From Leptolyngbyaceae cyanobacterium (GTDB lineage Bacteria > Cyanobacteriota > Cyanobacteriia > Phormidesmidales > Phormidesmidaceae): a stretch of DNA of 64,000 bases. The DNA lies in the NCBI GenBank assembly GCA_050331235.1, contig JBHJHA010000060.1:1-64000 (forward strand), written 5' to 3'. The notes beneath the pieces are model-generated. The model was not told where the DNA came from, did no database searches, and worked only from the letters and a program-made list of their open reading frames with translations. Position numbers and translations under genes: made by a program. Numbering within the stretch: position 1 is the first letter of the stretch; each line of letters starts with the position of its first letter. Positions 49,553-59,064 of the stretch are shown in pieces.

Positions 49553-49729
49553 GGTCGAAAGGCTAAACAAAGAGATAGATATCGGTGCAATGTTGAACTC
49601 TGGACGGCTAACCTGACGACTGATGAGACGGGCATTTTTTGACCCCTGGGAGCCGTCAGCAGCACTTTACCTGCACCGCTTTGACCATATCGCCTGCATA
49701 GGATCAGGTGCACTCTACCCTTACAACTT

Positions 49730-50512
49730 TTAACTAGAGGCACTGGTGTAAAAGCGCAAAGCAAACTGCCAAAACCACCGCGAAACTTGTAGTAAAGCGA
49801 TCGCCAAGGCGACCGATCCTATCACCCACAACCCACTGACCTTACCCAGCAACGTTTCCGCCGGCACGGTGGTTAAAAATGCTACGGGAATGACAAATGT
49901 AAGAAGGATCCGGTAGGCCATAGGATAAGCGGCAATGGGAAAACGGCCCGCTTCCAACAGCCCCCGTAGGACTTCAGTCACGTTGTAGATTTTGACGAAC
50001 CAGATGCTGGTGGCGCCTAGCATAAACCAGAGACTGTACAGACTCAAAAAGCCAAACGCCAGCGGCGCGATCGCCAAACCATAAGCAGCGGTGGAAATGC
50101 CTAACCGTTGACCGGCATACACGATGACGATCAGGCCGAAGAGTAAATCGGGTAACCCCCACGGAGATAGCGTGCGAGTAGATAGCCAAAACTGTGAACT
50201 GATGGGCTTAAGCAAGACAAAATCAAGGGTTCCTTCCTGTACTTCACGCACAATCTTGTTGAGATTGGGCGATAAGAACGTAGCGGAAAACCCCTGGAGC
50301 AATGTGAAAATACCCAACACAACCAGCGCTTCTTCCCAGCTCCAGTCTTGAAACTGATACCCCGTACGGTAAAAGAGAAACAGGCCAAACAGGCTGCCGG
50401 CTAGCCCCCCGAGGCTGCTTAGCGCGGCCACCCAAAAATTCAGTCGGTACTCTAGCTCAGCGGCGATCGCCGTTCCCCAAAACAGCTGCAACACCTGCCA
50501 GTAGCGCTGCAT
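49730..50512 (-). CDS. ABC-2 family permease (DUF990-like)
   Basis: AELEYRLNF, GTLDFVLLKPISSQF, GRFP, ALRFYTSASS; ATG 50512 overlaps the upstream stop. Confidence 0.85.
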   Translation of the reverse strand: MQRYWQVLQLFWGTAIAAELEYRLNFWVAALSSLGGLAGSLFGLFLFYRTGYQFQDWSWEEALVVLGIFTLLQGFSATFLSPNLNKIVREVQEGTLDFVLLKPISSQFWLSTRTLSPWGLPDLLFGLIVIVYAGQRLGISTAAYGLAIAPLAFGFLSLYSLWFMLGATSIWFVKIYNVTEVLRGLLEAGRFPIAAYPMAYRILLTFVIPVAFLTTVPAETLLGKVSGLWVIGSVALAIALLQVSRWFWQFALRFYTSASS

Positions 50513-51327
50513 CAGGCCCCCATCCCAGAATATTGCCGCAGTCCTCGTCGCCAGAGCCAGCGGTTGATCACGAGAAAGATGAGACTCCACAGCGCGATCG
50601 CCAGGAAACCCTGACCAATATCCGTCGGGCGACCCACCAGCAGATTCGCTGGAAAGTAGATCAAATATGGAAACGGCGTCCACAAAATCACGGCCCTCAC
50701 GGCCTCCGGAAACACATCTAATGGTGCAATCATGCCAGATAGGAAGGTATAAATCAGGTACCAAAACTGCTCAATTGCATTAGCCCGTTCCGTCCAAAAG
50801 GAAAAGAGCGCAAATGTATATTGAATGATAAACCGCAGACAAAAAGCCAAGCCGGTCGCGATCGTGCTCCACAACACCGCCCTTGGAGAGGGTATCCAAA
50901 GCGCCTGGGGATACAGCAAAAAACAAAGCAGCAGCAATCCGACGATGAAGGGCAACCGAGCCAACCGCTCTGACACATGACTAAAAAAGTGCCGCCAGAC
51001 CGGATCAATGGGCTGTAGGAGGAAAGGCGATAGCTTCCCCTCAACCACTTCCCGCTCAAACTCCCAAATCACCCAAACCACCGTGAGCTGCCTAACCAAA
51101 AACACAGCCAGAAAGTAACGGACAAACACCGTAGCATCTAAGGCAAACTGCTCAGTTTGAGCCGCCTTGGCCCAAATGCCCATAAAAATCAACGGAAAGG
51201 TGCCAGAAAGCACCCAAAACATGAGCTCTGCGCGATACTCCACCATGTAGGCGTAATACACCGACAGCAAGACTCGAGAAATGGGCAGAAATTGCCGAAG
51301 AATTTTCACCGGTTTCTGGGCGGGCAC
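50512..51327 (-). CDS. ABC-2 family permease (DUF990-like)
   Basis: YMVEYRAE, GKLSPFLLQP, SGMIAPLDVFP, GLRQYSGMGA. Confidence 0.85.
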   Translation of the reverse strand: MPAQKPVKILRQFLPISRVLLSVYYAYMVEYRAELMFWVLSGTFPLIFMGIWAKAAQTEQFALDATVFVRYFLAVFLVRQLTVVWVIWEFEREVVEGKLSPFLLQPIDPVWRHFFSHVSERLARLPFIVGLLLLCFLLYPQALWIPSPRAVLWSTIATGLAFCLRFIIQYTFALFSFWTERANAIEQFWYLIYTFLSGMIAPLDVFPEAVRAVILWTPFPYLIYFPANLLVGRPTDIGQGFLAIALWSLIFLVINRWLWRRGLRQYSGMGA

Positions 51328-51673
51328 GGCTACCTTGAAGGATGTTGCACTGCTATCAGAGCCACTCTATCGCTTTCTCAGGCAAAAAGTGGCTGCGCTT
51401 TCGAGCTGAGCTGGGGCTGGACTCTGCCCAACTCCTCAAATCCAGTCCCGCTTGCAAGAGAGATATTTTCCATTGCCCCACCCACCGACGATCTTTTAGC
51501 CGCACAAGGTCAAAGTTTTCGGGTATAATCGAAACTCTTGCGAGAGCTCGAGCTCTTGCCATTCCCGTCTGCTTAAGCAGCGGGACTTTGAAATTGACTG
51601 CCCGGTTTAGCTCGGTCCCTTGCGAACTGAGGAGTACACCCCATCACGGAGAAAACGGTAGGTAAACATTAGC

Positions 51674-52657
51674 ATGGTCAATCAGGTAGAGCAGGAAAAG
51701 GATACAGATATTGGGTTTACCCATGACGATTTTGCAGCACTGTTAGATAAGTACGATTATCACTTCAGCCCGGGTGATACCGTTGCTGGCACAGTTTTCA
51801 GCTTGGAGCCCCGAGGCGCACTCATCGATATCGGTGCTAAAACTGCCGCCTACATCCCTATCCAGGAGATGTCGATTAACCGTGTGGAAGATCCTGACGA
51901 AGTTTTGCAATCCGACGAAACTCGGGAATTCTTCATTCTCACTGACGAAAACGAAGATGGACAGTTAACTCTCTCCATTCGTCGCATTGAATATATGCGG
52001 GCTTGGGAACGCGTGCGTCAGCTGCAGGCCGAAGATGCCACCGTCCGTTCTGAGGTGTTTGCCACTAACCGAGGCGGCGCACTGGTTCGCATCGAAGGGT
52101 TGCGGGGCTTTATTCCAGGCTCTCACATCAGCACTCGCAAACCGAAGGAAGACTTGGTCGCTGAAGAGCTGCCCCTCAAGTTCTTGGAAGTGGACGAGGA
52201 GCGTAATCGGCTTGTCCTCAGCCATCGCCGAGCGCTTGTGGAGCGTAAGATGAATGGCTTGGAAGTTGGCGAGGTTGTGTTGGGTACTGTTCGTGGCTTG
52301 AAGCCCTACGGTGCTTTTATCGACATCGGCGGTGTCAGCGGTTTGCTGCACATCTCGGAAATTTCTCATGATCACATCGACACGCCCCACAGCGTCTTCA
52401 ACGTGAATGACGAAATCAAAGTCATGATCATTGATCTCGATGCTGAGCGGGGACGGATTTCGCTGTCGACCAAACAGCTGGAGCCTGAGCCTGGCGATAT
52501 GGTGAAGAACCCCGACTTGGTATTTGACAAGGCGGAGGAAATGGCTGAGAAGTATCGCGAAGCGATGGCTAAGAAAGCTGAGGAAGAAGCTGCCCAAGCT
52601 GCAGGTGAAGAGACCAGCGAATACACTGATGATGAGTATTCCGCAGTCGAAGAATAA
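51674..52657 (+). CDS. rps1: 30S ribosomal protein S1
   Basis: Three S1 domains; DFAALLDKYDY, AWERVRQLQAED, YGAFIDIGGVSGLLHISEIS. Confidence 0.97.
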   Translation: MVNQVEQEKDTDIGFTHDDFAALLDKYDYHFSPGDTVAGTVFSLEPRGALIDIGAKTAAYIPIQEMSINRVEDPDEVLQSDETREFFILTDENEDGQLTLSIRRIEYMRAWERVRQLQAEDATVRSEVFATNRGGALVRIEGLRGFIPGSHISTRKPKEDLVAEELPLKFLEVDEERNRLVLSHRRALVERKMNGLEVGEVVLGTVRGLKPYGAFIDIGGVSGLLHISEISHDHIDTPHSVFNVNDEIKVMIIDLDAERGRISLSTKQLEPEPGDMVKNPDLVFDKAEEMAEKYREAMAKKAEEEAAQAAGEETSEYTDDEYSAVEE

Positions 52658-52686
52658 GGCCGCAACATTCTGCTTCTAATTACTCT

Positions 52687-52718
52687 GGAGTCACGACTAA
52701 CGTTGTGGCTCCTTTTTT
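52687..52718 (+). terminator. rps1 terminator
   Basis: GGAGTCACGAC-TAAC-GTTGTGGCTCC stem-loop followed by TTTTTT. Confidence 0.8.
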
Positions 52719-52802
52719 GTGAGAACTGTGTTTGGGCTCAACTGAGTTCCTACGGGATAGGCATGTAAAAACGGCTTGCCTGGAACCGTGGACGAGTTGA
52801 GA

Positions 52803-53897
52803 CTATCCGCCGTAAATAATGGCGTCAAATAGGACGTAGCGCTCTTCACCAATATTGAGAAAGACGCGATCCCCCTGGCGGGTACTGCTAAATGCTCCAG
52901 AGCCCCCCTCGACCTGGACGGGATTGCCATTCTCAAAGTAGACGGTAAAGGTGTTGCCGTACTGGGTGGTGATATCGACATAGCCACTGCCGTTGCCTTC
53001 GCGGACGACTCCGAAAGGACACTCTCCGTTGGCCTCAGCTGGGGTCATAGCGCAGGCGATCGCACCCGTCGCGTTATAGCTGGTGCCTGGGACGATGGCG
53101 TCTCCTGGAGAACTGCTTGCTCCCGCATTACCGCCTCCAGAAATGATCATTTCTAATCGATAGTTGGCTGCTTCCTCGCGGCGGGCGGCACTGCGCATCA
53201 AATACACGCGCACTTTGTAATCGCCGGTTTCGGGCAAGCTGCCTTCGTACTGATTGCCATTGATGGAGCCGTTGAAGATGGCCTCGTCATTGCTGCCGGG
53301 GGGCAAAATATTGAAGTAGTTGGCGGTATTGTCAGTCGCCATGCTGATGTTGGCATACTGACCGGCTTGCGCGTTCAGCACATAATCGATGGTGTTGTAG
53401 CCAACGATGGTGGCTTCGACGGTAGCGCTGGTGGCTCCGGGTTGAAACTGAACACGCTGCTTGGGAATGCCGTCTGAACTAGGCTGGCTACTGACAGGGC
53501 CAGAGTTGGATGGCGGTGCAGAGCTGCTTGACTCTGCTGTAGGTGCGGCCGCAGTTTCTGATGAACTGCCTGATTCGGCGAGAGTACATTCAGTCAATAT
53601 GATCGCGTTGTTGACCTCAACGACTGCCTTTTCACCGTCGATCAGGAGTTTGGTACTGCCATCGCTATAGGTGGTGCCAGAGTCTGACTCGACCAGCGGC
53701 AAGGCTAGATTTGGGCGATCGGGCAAATCAGCAACCGCTTCATTTGGCGATAGGCGAGCCGTAAACTCGGTACCGCCTTTGCATTGGTACGTTACGAGTG
53801 AGCCTTGGCCGGTTGCGGTGTTGGTGTCGGTATTACAGCCCAATAAACAAAATGATGTGAGCAAACCAGCACTCACTCGAAAAGATTGGTTCTTCAT
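52803..53897 (-). CDS. Lipoprotein with MliC-like + PliG-like lysozyme-inhibitor domains and an unnamed C-terminal domain
   Basis: Lipobox LLGC; YQC...SDSGTTY...C (MliC); RVQFQPG...GY...AGQ...LPETGDYKVRVYLMRSAARR (PliG); ATG 53897. Confidence 0.75.
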   Translation of the reverse strand: MKNQSFRVSAGLLTSFCLLGCNTDTNTATGQGSLVTYQCKGGTEFTARLSPNEAVADLPDRPNLALPLVESDSGTTYSDGSTKLLIDGEKAVVEVNNAIILTECTLAESGSSSETAAAPTAESSSSAPPSNSGPVSSQPSSDGIPKQRVQFQPGATSATVEATIVGYNTIDYVLNAQAGQYANISMATDNTANYFNILPPGSNDEAIFNGSINGNQYEGSLPETGDYKVRVYLMRSAARREEAANYRLEMIISGGGNAGASSSPGDAIVPGTSYNATGAIACAMTPAEANGECPFGVVREGNGSGYVDITTQYGNTFTVYFENGNPVQVEGGSGAFSSTRQGDRVFLNIGEERYVLFDAIIYGG

Positions 53898-54032
53898 GGG
53901 TGTTCTCAGTCTCAAGTTGCTTGTGATCAAACCGCTAGGGCTCTCACCCAATGCTTGTTATCAGGTGAGAGCCGTCACGCATGACCGGGTTTGCCAGAGC
54001 TACCGCAATGGCGTCTACTAGCTTTGGCTTGG

Positions 54033-54632
54033 TTACTCAGGCAAGGGTCGATCAATGGTGCTGGCGGGCAATCCAGGCATCAACACTGGACCGTCGCTGG
54101 TCATCTCAACTTCGTAAAAAACGCGACTTTCTCGCGATGCACAGCACAGGGCGTCTTCACGACTGTAGCGGTTGAACGAGGCATCGATAGCGCCATCGCG
54201 ATAGAGGTTGACGTCAAAGAGGCTACCGTCGGTACGGGAGTCCATCAGGTTCGGTGACAGCGTGCCGGCGAATTCACCATCGACGAAGACAAAGGTCTGA
54301 TAGCTGAAGGGGCGACACATCCCGTCGGCATCAGCCATGCCAGTGATTACTGTGGTGTCACCAAAGATGTAAGCCGGTCCAGAGAGGGACCATCCCGCCG
54401 CTTCAACGAGAGCATCTTCATAGAGTCGGGACTTACGAATCGTTTGCTCACACTCTGGCAGGTTGGAAAATTCTGAATTGGGCGCTTGAGGAATTTCGGC
54501 ACCAGCGACATTCCAGTTGGTGTCGCCGTCGAGCCAGGTACCGTCTTGGCTGGTTTGGGCTGAGGTGTGGGGCGCTAAGAGCAGAGACGCCAGCACCATA
54601 GAGCCAGAAATCAAAGAGACTGTTTTCATCAT
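54033..54632 (-). CDS. Secreted LppP/LprE-like protein
   Basis: Signal peptide; WLD..NWN..GA.IP.AP, DGMCRP, FAGTLSP..MDSRTDG, F.RY...DALCC, recalled from that family. Confidence 0.6.
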   Translation of the reverse strand: MMKTVSLISGSMVLASLLLAPHTSAQTSQDGTWLDGDTNWNVAGAEIPQAPNSEFSNLPECEQTIRKSRLYEDALVEAAGWSLSGPAYIFGDTTVITGMADADGMCRPFSYQTFVFVDGEFAGTLSPNLMDSRTDGSLFDVNLYRDGAIDASFNRYSREDALCCASRESRVFYEVEMTSDGPVLMPGLPASTIDRPLPE

Positions 54633-54736
54633 GGTCGATGTACCTATCGAGGTTTTTGGAAGTGAAGACTGATTGCCCAGCGGCTAAATCCGCTGCTGGG
54701 GCATTGCGAAGCCGAAAAATATTAGAGTCTGCGACC

Positions 54737-55399
54737 CTAGTCTATGCCCGTCACGACGATTTCATCGAGGCGGAAAAACTCTTCGTCATTGATGTTGATA
54801 AAGTACTGACCGTCTAAATACTGGGTTTGCAAATTGTCTCCTGGATCAATTGCGTGCAGCGCACCGCCATAAAAGGCCAAGTGGTGCTCAGTGCCCGTGA
54901 CTCCGTACAGGGTTAGGCTGGAGTTGCCCGGATCGCCAAAAATGACGTCAGTCTCACACTGGCTGTCGTAGGTGGGGGCCACAATGGAACAGGGCACCCA
55001 ACCACCCCCACGTTGGGGCTCATTAATAGCAGCAGTGTTAGCGCTCGTCTCGCCACCGTCCCAGTACACAAAGATCGAGACATCGGCGAGGCGATAGATA
55101 GTGCCAATTTCCCCCAGGCCATCTTCGCGTATGGCTCGTTGCCCATATTGATCGGTATAGGTGTTGGCCTGATTGGGGTCGGGGACCAGTTCGTAGGTGG
55201 TCCCATCCTCAAGGGTAAGGGTGACAAAGCCCTGTCGCTGAGAAAAGGTGCAAGGACCATAGCTAGTGGCGGTATCTTCGCCGATGGGATACACGTCACA
55301 GCGGGCTTGGGCCGTATCGGCTCGAGCACTCGTGGCGAGCCCCACCGTGGCGATCGCGGCGCACAACGATACAGAGAAAGTAGACAAACGAGACATCAT
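54737..55399 (-). CDS. Secreted two-domain hypothetical protein
   Basis: Signal peptide ending ARA; ARCDVYP..GPCTFSQRQG domain; C-terminal domain resembles that of the 52803 gene; GGAG SD. Confidence 0.75.
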   Translation of the reverse strand: MMSRLSTFSVSLCAAIATVGLATSARADTAQARCDVYPIGEDTATSYGPCTFSQRQGFVTLTLEDGTTYELVPDPNQANTYTDQYGQRAIREDGLGEIGTIYRLADVSIFVYWDGGETSANTAAINEPQRGGGWVPCSIVAPTYDSQCETDVIFGDPGNSSLTLYGVTGTEHHLAFYGGALHAIDPGDNLQTQYLDGQYFININDEEFFRLDEIVVTGID

Positions 55400-55620
55400 A
55401 AATTCACTCCTCTACACAAGATATACAGCTGATTTAGTTAGCCACTGCGACCCGAGCAAGCGATTGAAAACTGAGTTGTAGTTGACCGCTAAGTCAGCTT
55501 TTGTTTCCCAACAATCTACTAGAAAAATACCGTGAGCTGACCTGTCCGCGTCAAAAACAGCGCGTAAACTTTGCCGCCGCAGATAGACAGATAAGACTTC
55601 CTCGTAGAGAACGATATCCA

Positions 55621-57612
55621 TCAGTTTTGAGGCAGTAAAAAGTCAGGTCGTAGAGCCGGTACACAGGTTTGGTTGAGTGGGCGATCGGGCTGGGTGAGAA
55701 ACTGCTGGATCAGATCTTGAGCACACGGGGAATATTGCAGCGTGATGTGTCCTGCACTGGGTAAAAATACAAATTGGCTGTTGCTTAAGGTGTCCGCTGC
55801 CAGCCGAGACCAGTTGGCGGGTGTCTGGGTATCGTAATGACCCGCTAAGACCAGCGTGGCAATGTCGCTGACCACAGGTGCTTGTTCGATCGCATCCGGC
55901 GTCCCCGCAGCGAAGCCATCGCAAATGGCAAAGTAACTCGCCACCGTATCAAACGGGCGACGGAGCGGCACTAGTGGCAGCGCCTGATAATAGGCCCAAG
56001 CCTGGCTCAGATCTTCGAAGGGCACTTCCTCCTGGCACTGGACGGCATAGTGCATCCCTTCGGCAATTTCGCCATAAAAGCGCGGCAGGGGTAGATCGGC
56101 GATCGCCAATGCAGAAAAAATGGCGTCTACATCGGCCTGACTCAGCTCCATCGTCAACGACATCAGGGATGCCGGTGGCGGCGCTTCCAGCGACAACCCA
56201 AAGTTGAGGAAATTGAGCAGTAGCGTCTGGGTCTGAGGTACGTCGTGGCGGCCCATGAGCGAGAGCAAATATTCCGCTAAGTAAAGCCCGCCAGGGGAAC
56301 GGCGATCGCTGATTTCCTGATACACCTGGGCCAGCCACTGATCGGCCAATGGCTGCCCCGTCGTCGGTGGATCGGCCAGCGGTGGAGTGCGATCGGTGGG
56401 CGCTGCTTCAGTCGGAGCGTTAATGATTTGCTCGATGTAGGTGGTGCCGTCTCCCTGGCTAAATTCCTGCAGGATCAGGGGCAGGGTGGCGGCGAGCTGC
56501 GGGTTGCGATTGAGGCGCCCAAACAATTCAGCGACAGTGTCGGCATTGACTATGATGGGCTCCGGTGCACTGCTAGCTAAAGTCAGCGGCGTCTGATCTA
56601 AGGTAGCGGCCAACGCTAAATAGGTGCTCCGCAGGTGAGGAAAGGCGGCATGGCAGGCTGCGTCCGTCTCGCAGTCGGTGAAAAACTGTTCGGCGGCGAT
56701 CGCCGCCAGCCCCGGGGTGAACTCATTGGAATCGATGTTAGGCGGCTCAACCGAATCTAAAATCACGCTGCGGATGCCGCTATCGGGAAAATCGCGCATG
56801 ACCGTCAGCGCCAACCGCGTTCCGTAGGAAACGCCCAGCAGATTGTACTGGTCGTAGCCTAGCGCCTGTACCAACGCCACAACATCGGCAGCACTGCGTT
56901 GACTGTTGTATTGAGCTAAGTCAACCCCGCGATCACGCCAAAACTGGCTGCACTGCTGTAGCGAGCTGTAGCGAGGCAGTTGGCGATATTGGGCGACGTA
57001 TTCCGCCGGGGTAGTCGCAACTTGAGGGTCAATAGCTGCAGCTACCACCAACTGGGTAAACACCGTCAAAAAGTCATCAATACTGCCACCGGCTTCGAGT
57101 AGAGGTAAGACTGCCGGTGTGTAGCAGTCGAGAGCCTCAGAAAAGGCGGTGCCGCGCTGGGCGATCAAAACCACATCCCGTTCAGCGCGAATGTCGCTGA
57201 GCCAGTCGGCGTAGCTGTGTACTGCATAAAAAGGACTGCCGCCGGGACCGCCCTCGAGCCACACCACCGGATCAGCGGCGGGGCGATCGCCCGTGGCATG
57301 CAACACCAGATAAGACACCTGTATGGAGCGGCTGGTGTCTGGCTGCTCCCAGTTTTCCGGCACGGTTAGCTGACCGCAGGAGACTGCTCCCAAGTCACTG
57401 ATATCTACCGGACAGTCAATGGAGCTCAGGCTGGTTGACGCCCATGCCGTTGAGGTTTCTGGGAGATTGGCTGCCCCCAATACTCCGCTGATTAGCAAGC
57501 TGGGCCAGCCCAGCCGCGCCATCCATCCTAAGGGCGATCGCACTTGCTTTGAGCCTCCGGTAAACGCGTTCATCGCGGGATCTGGTGGACGCTGCCGCCG
57601 ATCGGGGGACAC
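55621..57612 (-). CDS. Secreted alpha/beta hydrolase (TAP-like peptidase/esterase)
   Basis: CGQLTVPENW, LEGGPG, QRG, GVSYG nucleophile, G.YD.QTP, GH. Start uncertain. Confidence 0.85.
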   Translation of the reverse strand: MSPDRRQRPPDPAMNAFTGGSKQVRSPLGWMARLGWPSLLISGVLGAANLPETSTAWASTSLSSIDCPVDISDLGAVSCGQLTVPENWEQPDTSRSIQVSYLVLHATGDRPAADPVVWLEGGPGGSPFYAVHSYADWLSDIRAERDVVLIAQRGTAFSEALDCYTPAVLPLLEAGGSIDDFLTVFTQLVVAAAIDPQVATTPAEYVAQYRQLPRYSSLQQCSQFWRDRGVDLAQYNSQRSAADVVALVQALGYDQYNLLGVSYGTRLALTVMRDFPDSGIRSVILDSVEPPNIDSNEFTPGLAAIAAEQFFTDCETDAACHAAFPHLRSTYLALAATLDQTPLTLASSAPEPIIVNADTVAELFGRLNRNPQLAATLPLILQEFSQGDGTTYIEQIINAPTEAAPTDRTPPLADPPTTGQPLADQWLAQVYQEISDRRSPGGLYLAEYLLSLMGRHDVPQTQTLLLNFLNFGLSLEAPPPASLMSLTMELSQADVDAIFSALAIADLPLPRFYGEIAEGMHYAVQCQEEVPFEDLSQAWAYYQALPLVPLRRPFDTVASYFAICDGFAAGTPDAIEQAPVVSDIATLVLAGHYDTQTPANWSRLAADTLSNSQFVFLPSAGHITLQYSPCAQDLIQQFLTQPDRPLNQTCVPALRPDFLLPQN

Positions 57613-57745
57613 CCGCTATCTCTCCACCCCGCCATCTCAGCTCAACCTACCATGAGCTATTGCGGGTTGAGGCGGTTCTCAAAAAGCTGGAAGCTAGCAG
57701 CGAATTGCCCTATGTTGTAAGGCGACTCAGCGATCGCAATTAGTC

Positions 57746-58864
57746 ATGATTCAGGCTTATTTGGTGCCCATCGAGGAGGCCGCTTTCGTTTTCTTTGGGC
57801 TGGCGGTGCTGCTGCTCATCCCCATTTGCGCAGTGCACTATCGGCGGTTTGGCTACGTTATGCCGTCCCGCGCTACGGTGTTTTATTCGCTGCTGTTTTA
57901 CAGTCTGTGTGCGGTTTTTTTAGTGAGTCTGCCGCTGCCGACGATCACGGCGGACTTTTGCGAGGTGCATACTCTGGCGCGTCAGGTGCGCCTTACCCCA
58001 TTTCAGTTTGTGCCCGACATCATTTTGGGGAACCAAATTACCCTGCGGCATTTCAACCTGATTTCGATGTTGGTGAGCTCGGTGTTCCTCCAGGCGTTTT
58101 TCAACTTTTTGCTATTGATGCCGCTGGGCTTTTACCTGCGGTATTACTTCAATTTGGGGTGGGGAGGAGCTGCTGCGATCGCCCTCGCGGTGACGGGACT
58201 GTTTGAGCTATCGCAAATCACGGGGTTGTTTGGCTTCTATCCCTGTCCCTATCGCACCTTTGATGTGGATGATCTTATTCTCAATACCGCTGGGGCTTTG
58301 GTGGGTTACGGGACGATGCCGTTTTTCAGTGCCCATCTGCCCAATCTGCAGGCGCGCCATGCGCCGCCGGTAGCCGTGTCTTGTGGGCGACGGTGGGTGG
58401 CGTTTGCTGTGGACTGGTTTTTGGCTAACAGTGTGTCTCGGCTGCTGGGGGCGCTGCTGCTTGGGCTGCATACGCCCCATGCACTTTGGCTGGACGGCTT
58501 GGTGTATGGTCTGTGGTTTGTCGGGGTGCCGAGTTTGTGGCAGGGGCGCACCGTGGGCAAAGCGCTGGTTAATATTCAGCTTGTGCAGTCTTCTGGGCAA
58601 CCGGTGCAGCTGAGTCAACTGGCACTGCGTTATGGATTGTTGCTGGGGCTGCCAGTGCTTACGGAGGTGGCGTTGCTGCATCAGTTATCAGAGCAACAGA
58701 GAGGATGGATCACGATCTCGCTCTTGATACTTCTAGTTCTAGAGGCGATCGCGCTAGCTGGCCTCATGCTGGTTCGCCCAGACCATCGGGGACTACATGA
58801 TCTCATGGCTGACACTCATCATCACGTTCTCGCATCCCGCCAGCAAAATACCGTCAGCCTCTAA
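57746..58864 (+). CDS. VanZ-family membrane protein fused to an RDD domain
   Basis: FNFLLLMPLG, FELSQITG, FDVDDLILNTAG (VanZ); RRWVAFAVD, GRTVGK, RGLHDLMADT (RDD). Confidence 0.85.
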   Translation: MIQAYLVPIEEAAFVFFGLAVLLLIPICAVHYRRFGYVMPSRATVFYSLLFYSLCAVFLVSLPLPTITADFCEVHTLARQVRLTPFQFVPDIILGNQITLRHFNLISMLVSSVFLQAFFNFLLLMPLGFYLRYYFNLGWGGAAAIALAVTGLFELSQITGLFGFYPCPYRTFDVDDLILNTAGALVGYGTMPFFSAHLPNLQARHAPPVAVSCGRRWVAFAVDWFLANSVSRLLGALLLGLHTPHALWLDGLVYGLWFVGVPSLWQGRTVGKALVNIQLVQSSGQPVQLSQLALRYGLLLGLPVLTEVALLHQLSEQQRGWITISLLILLVLEAIALAGLMLVRPDHRGLHDLMADTHHHVLASRQQNTVSL

Positions 58865-59064
58865 GGCGACATACCTGATGTAGGGCTCTTGCCTGTGAAG
58901 AGGTTGCTCGATTTTGGTCAGTGCCTTGGGCCAGACTTTATGACTTGGGCATCAACTCAGAGATCGCCAGCGCTATGTCAGAAACTAAGGCAGATTTCAG
59001 CGTATCCGTTGCGGTATGAATCGGGTCTTTACGGTAAGAGAATATTGCTCAGCAAGGAGGCGAG

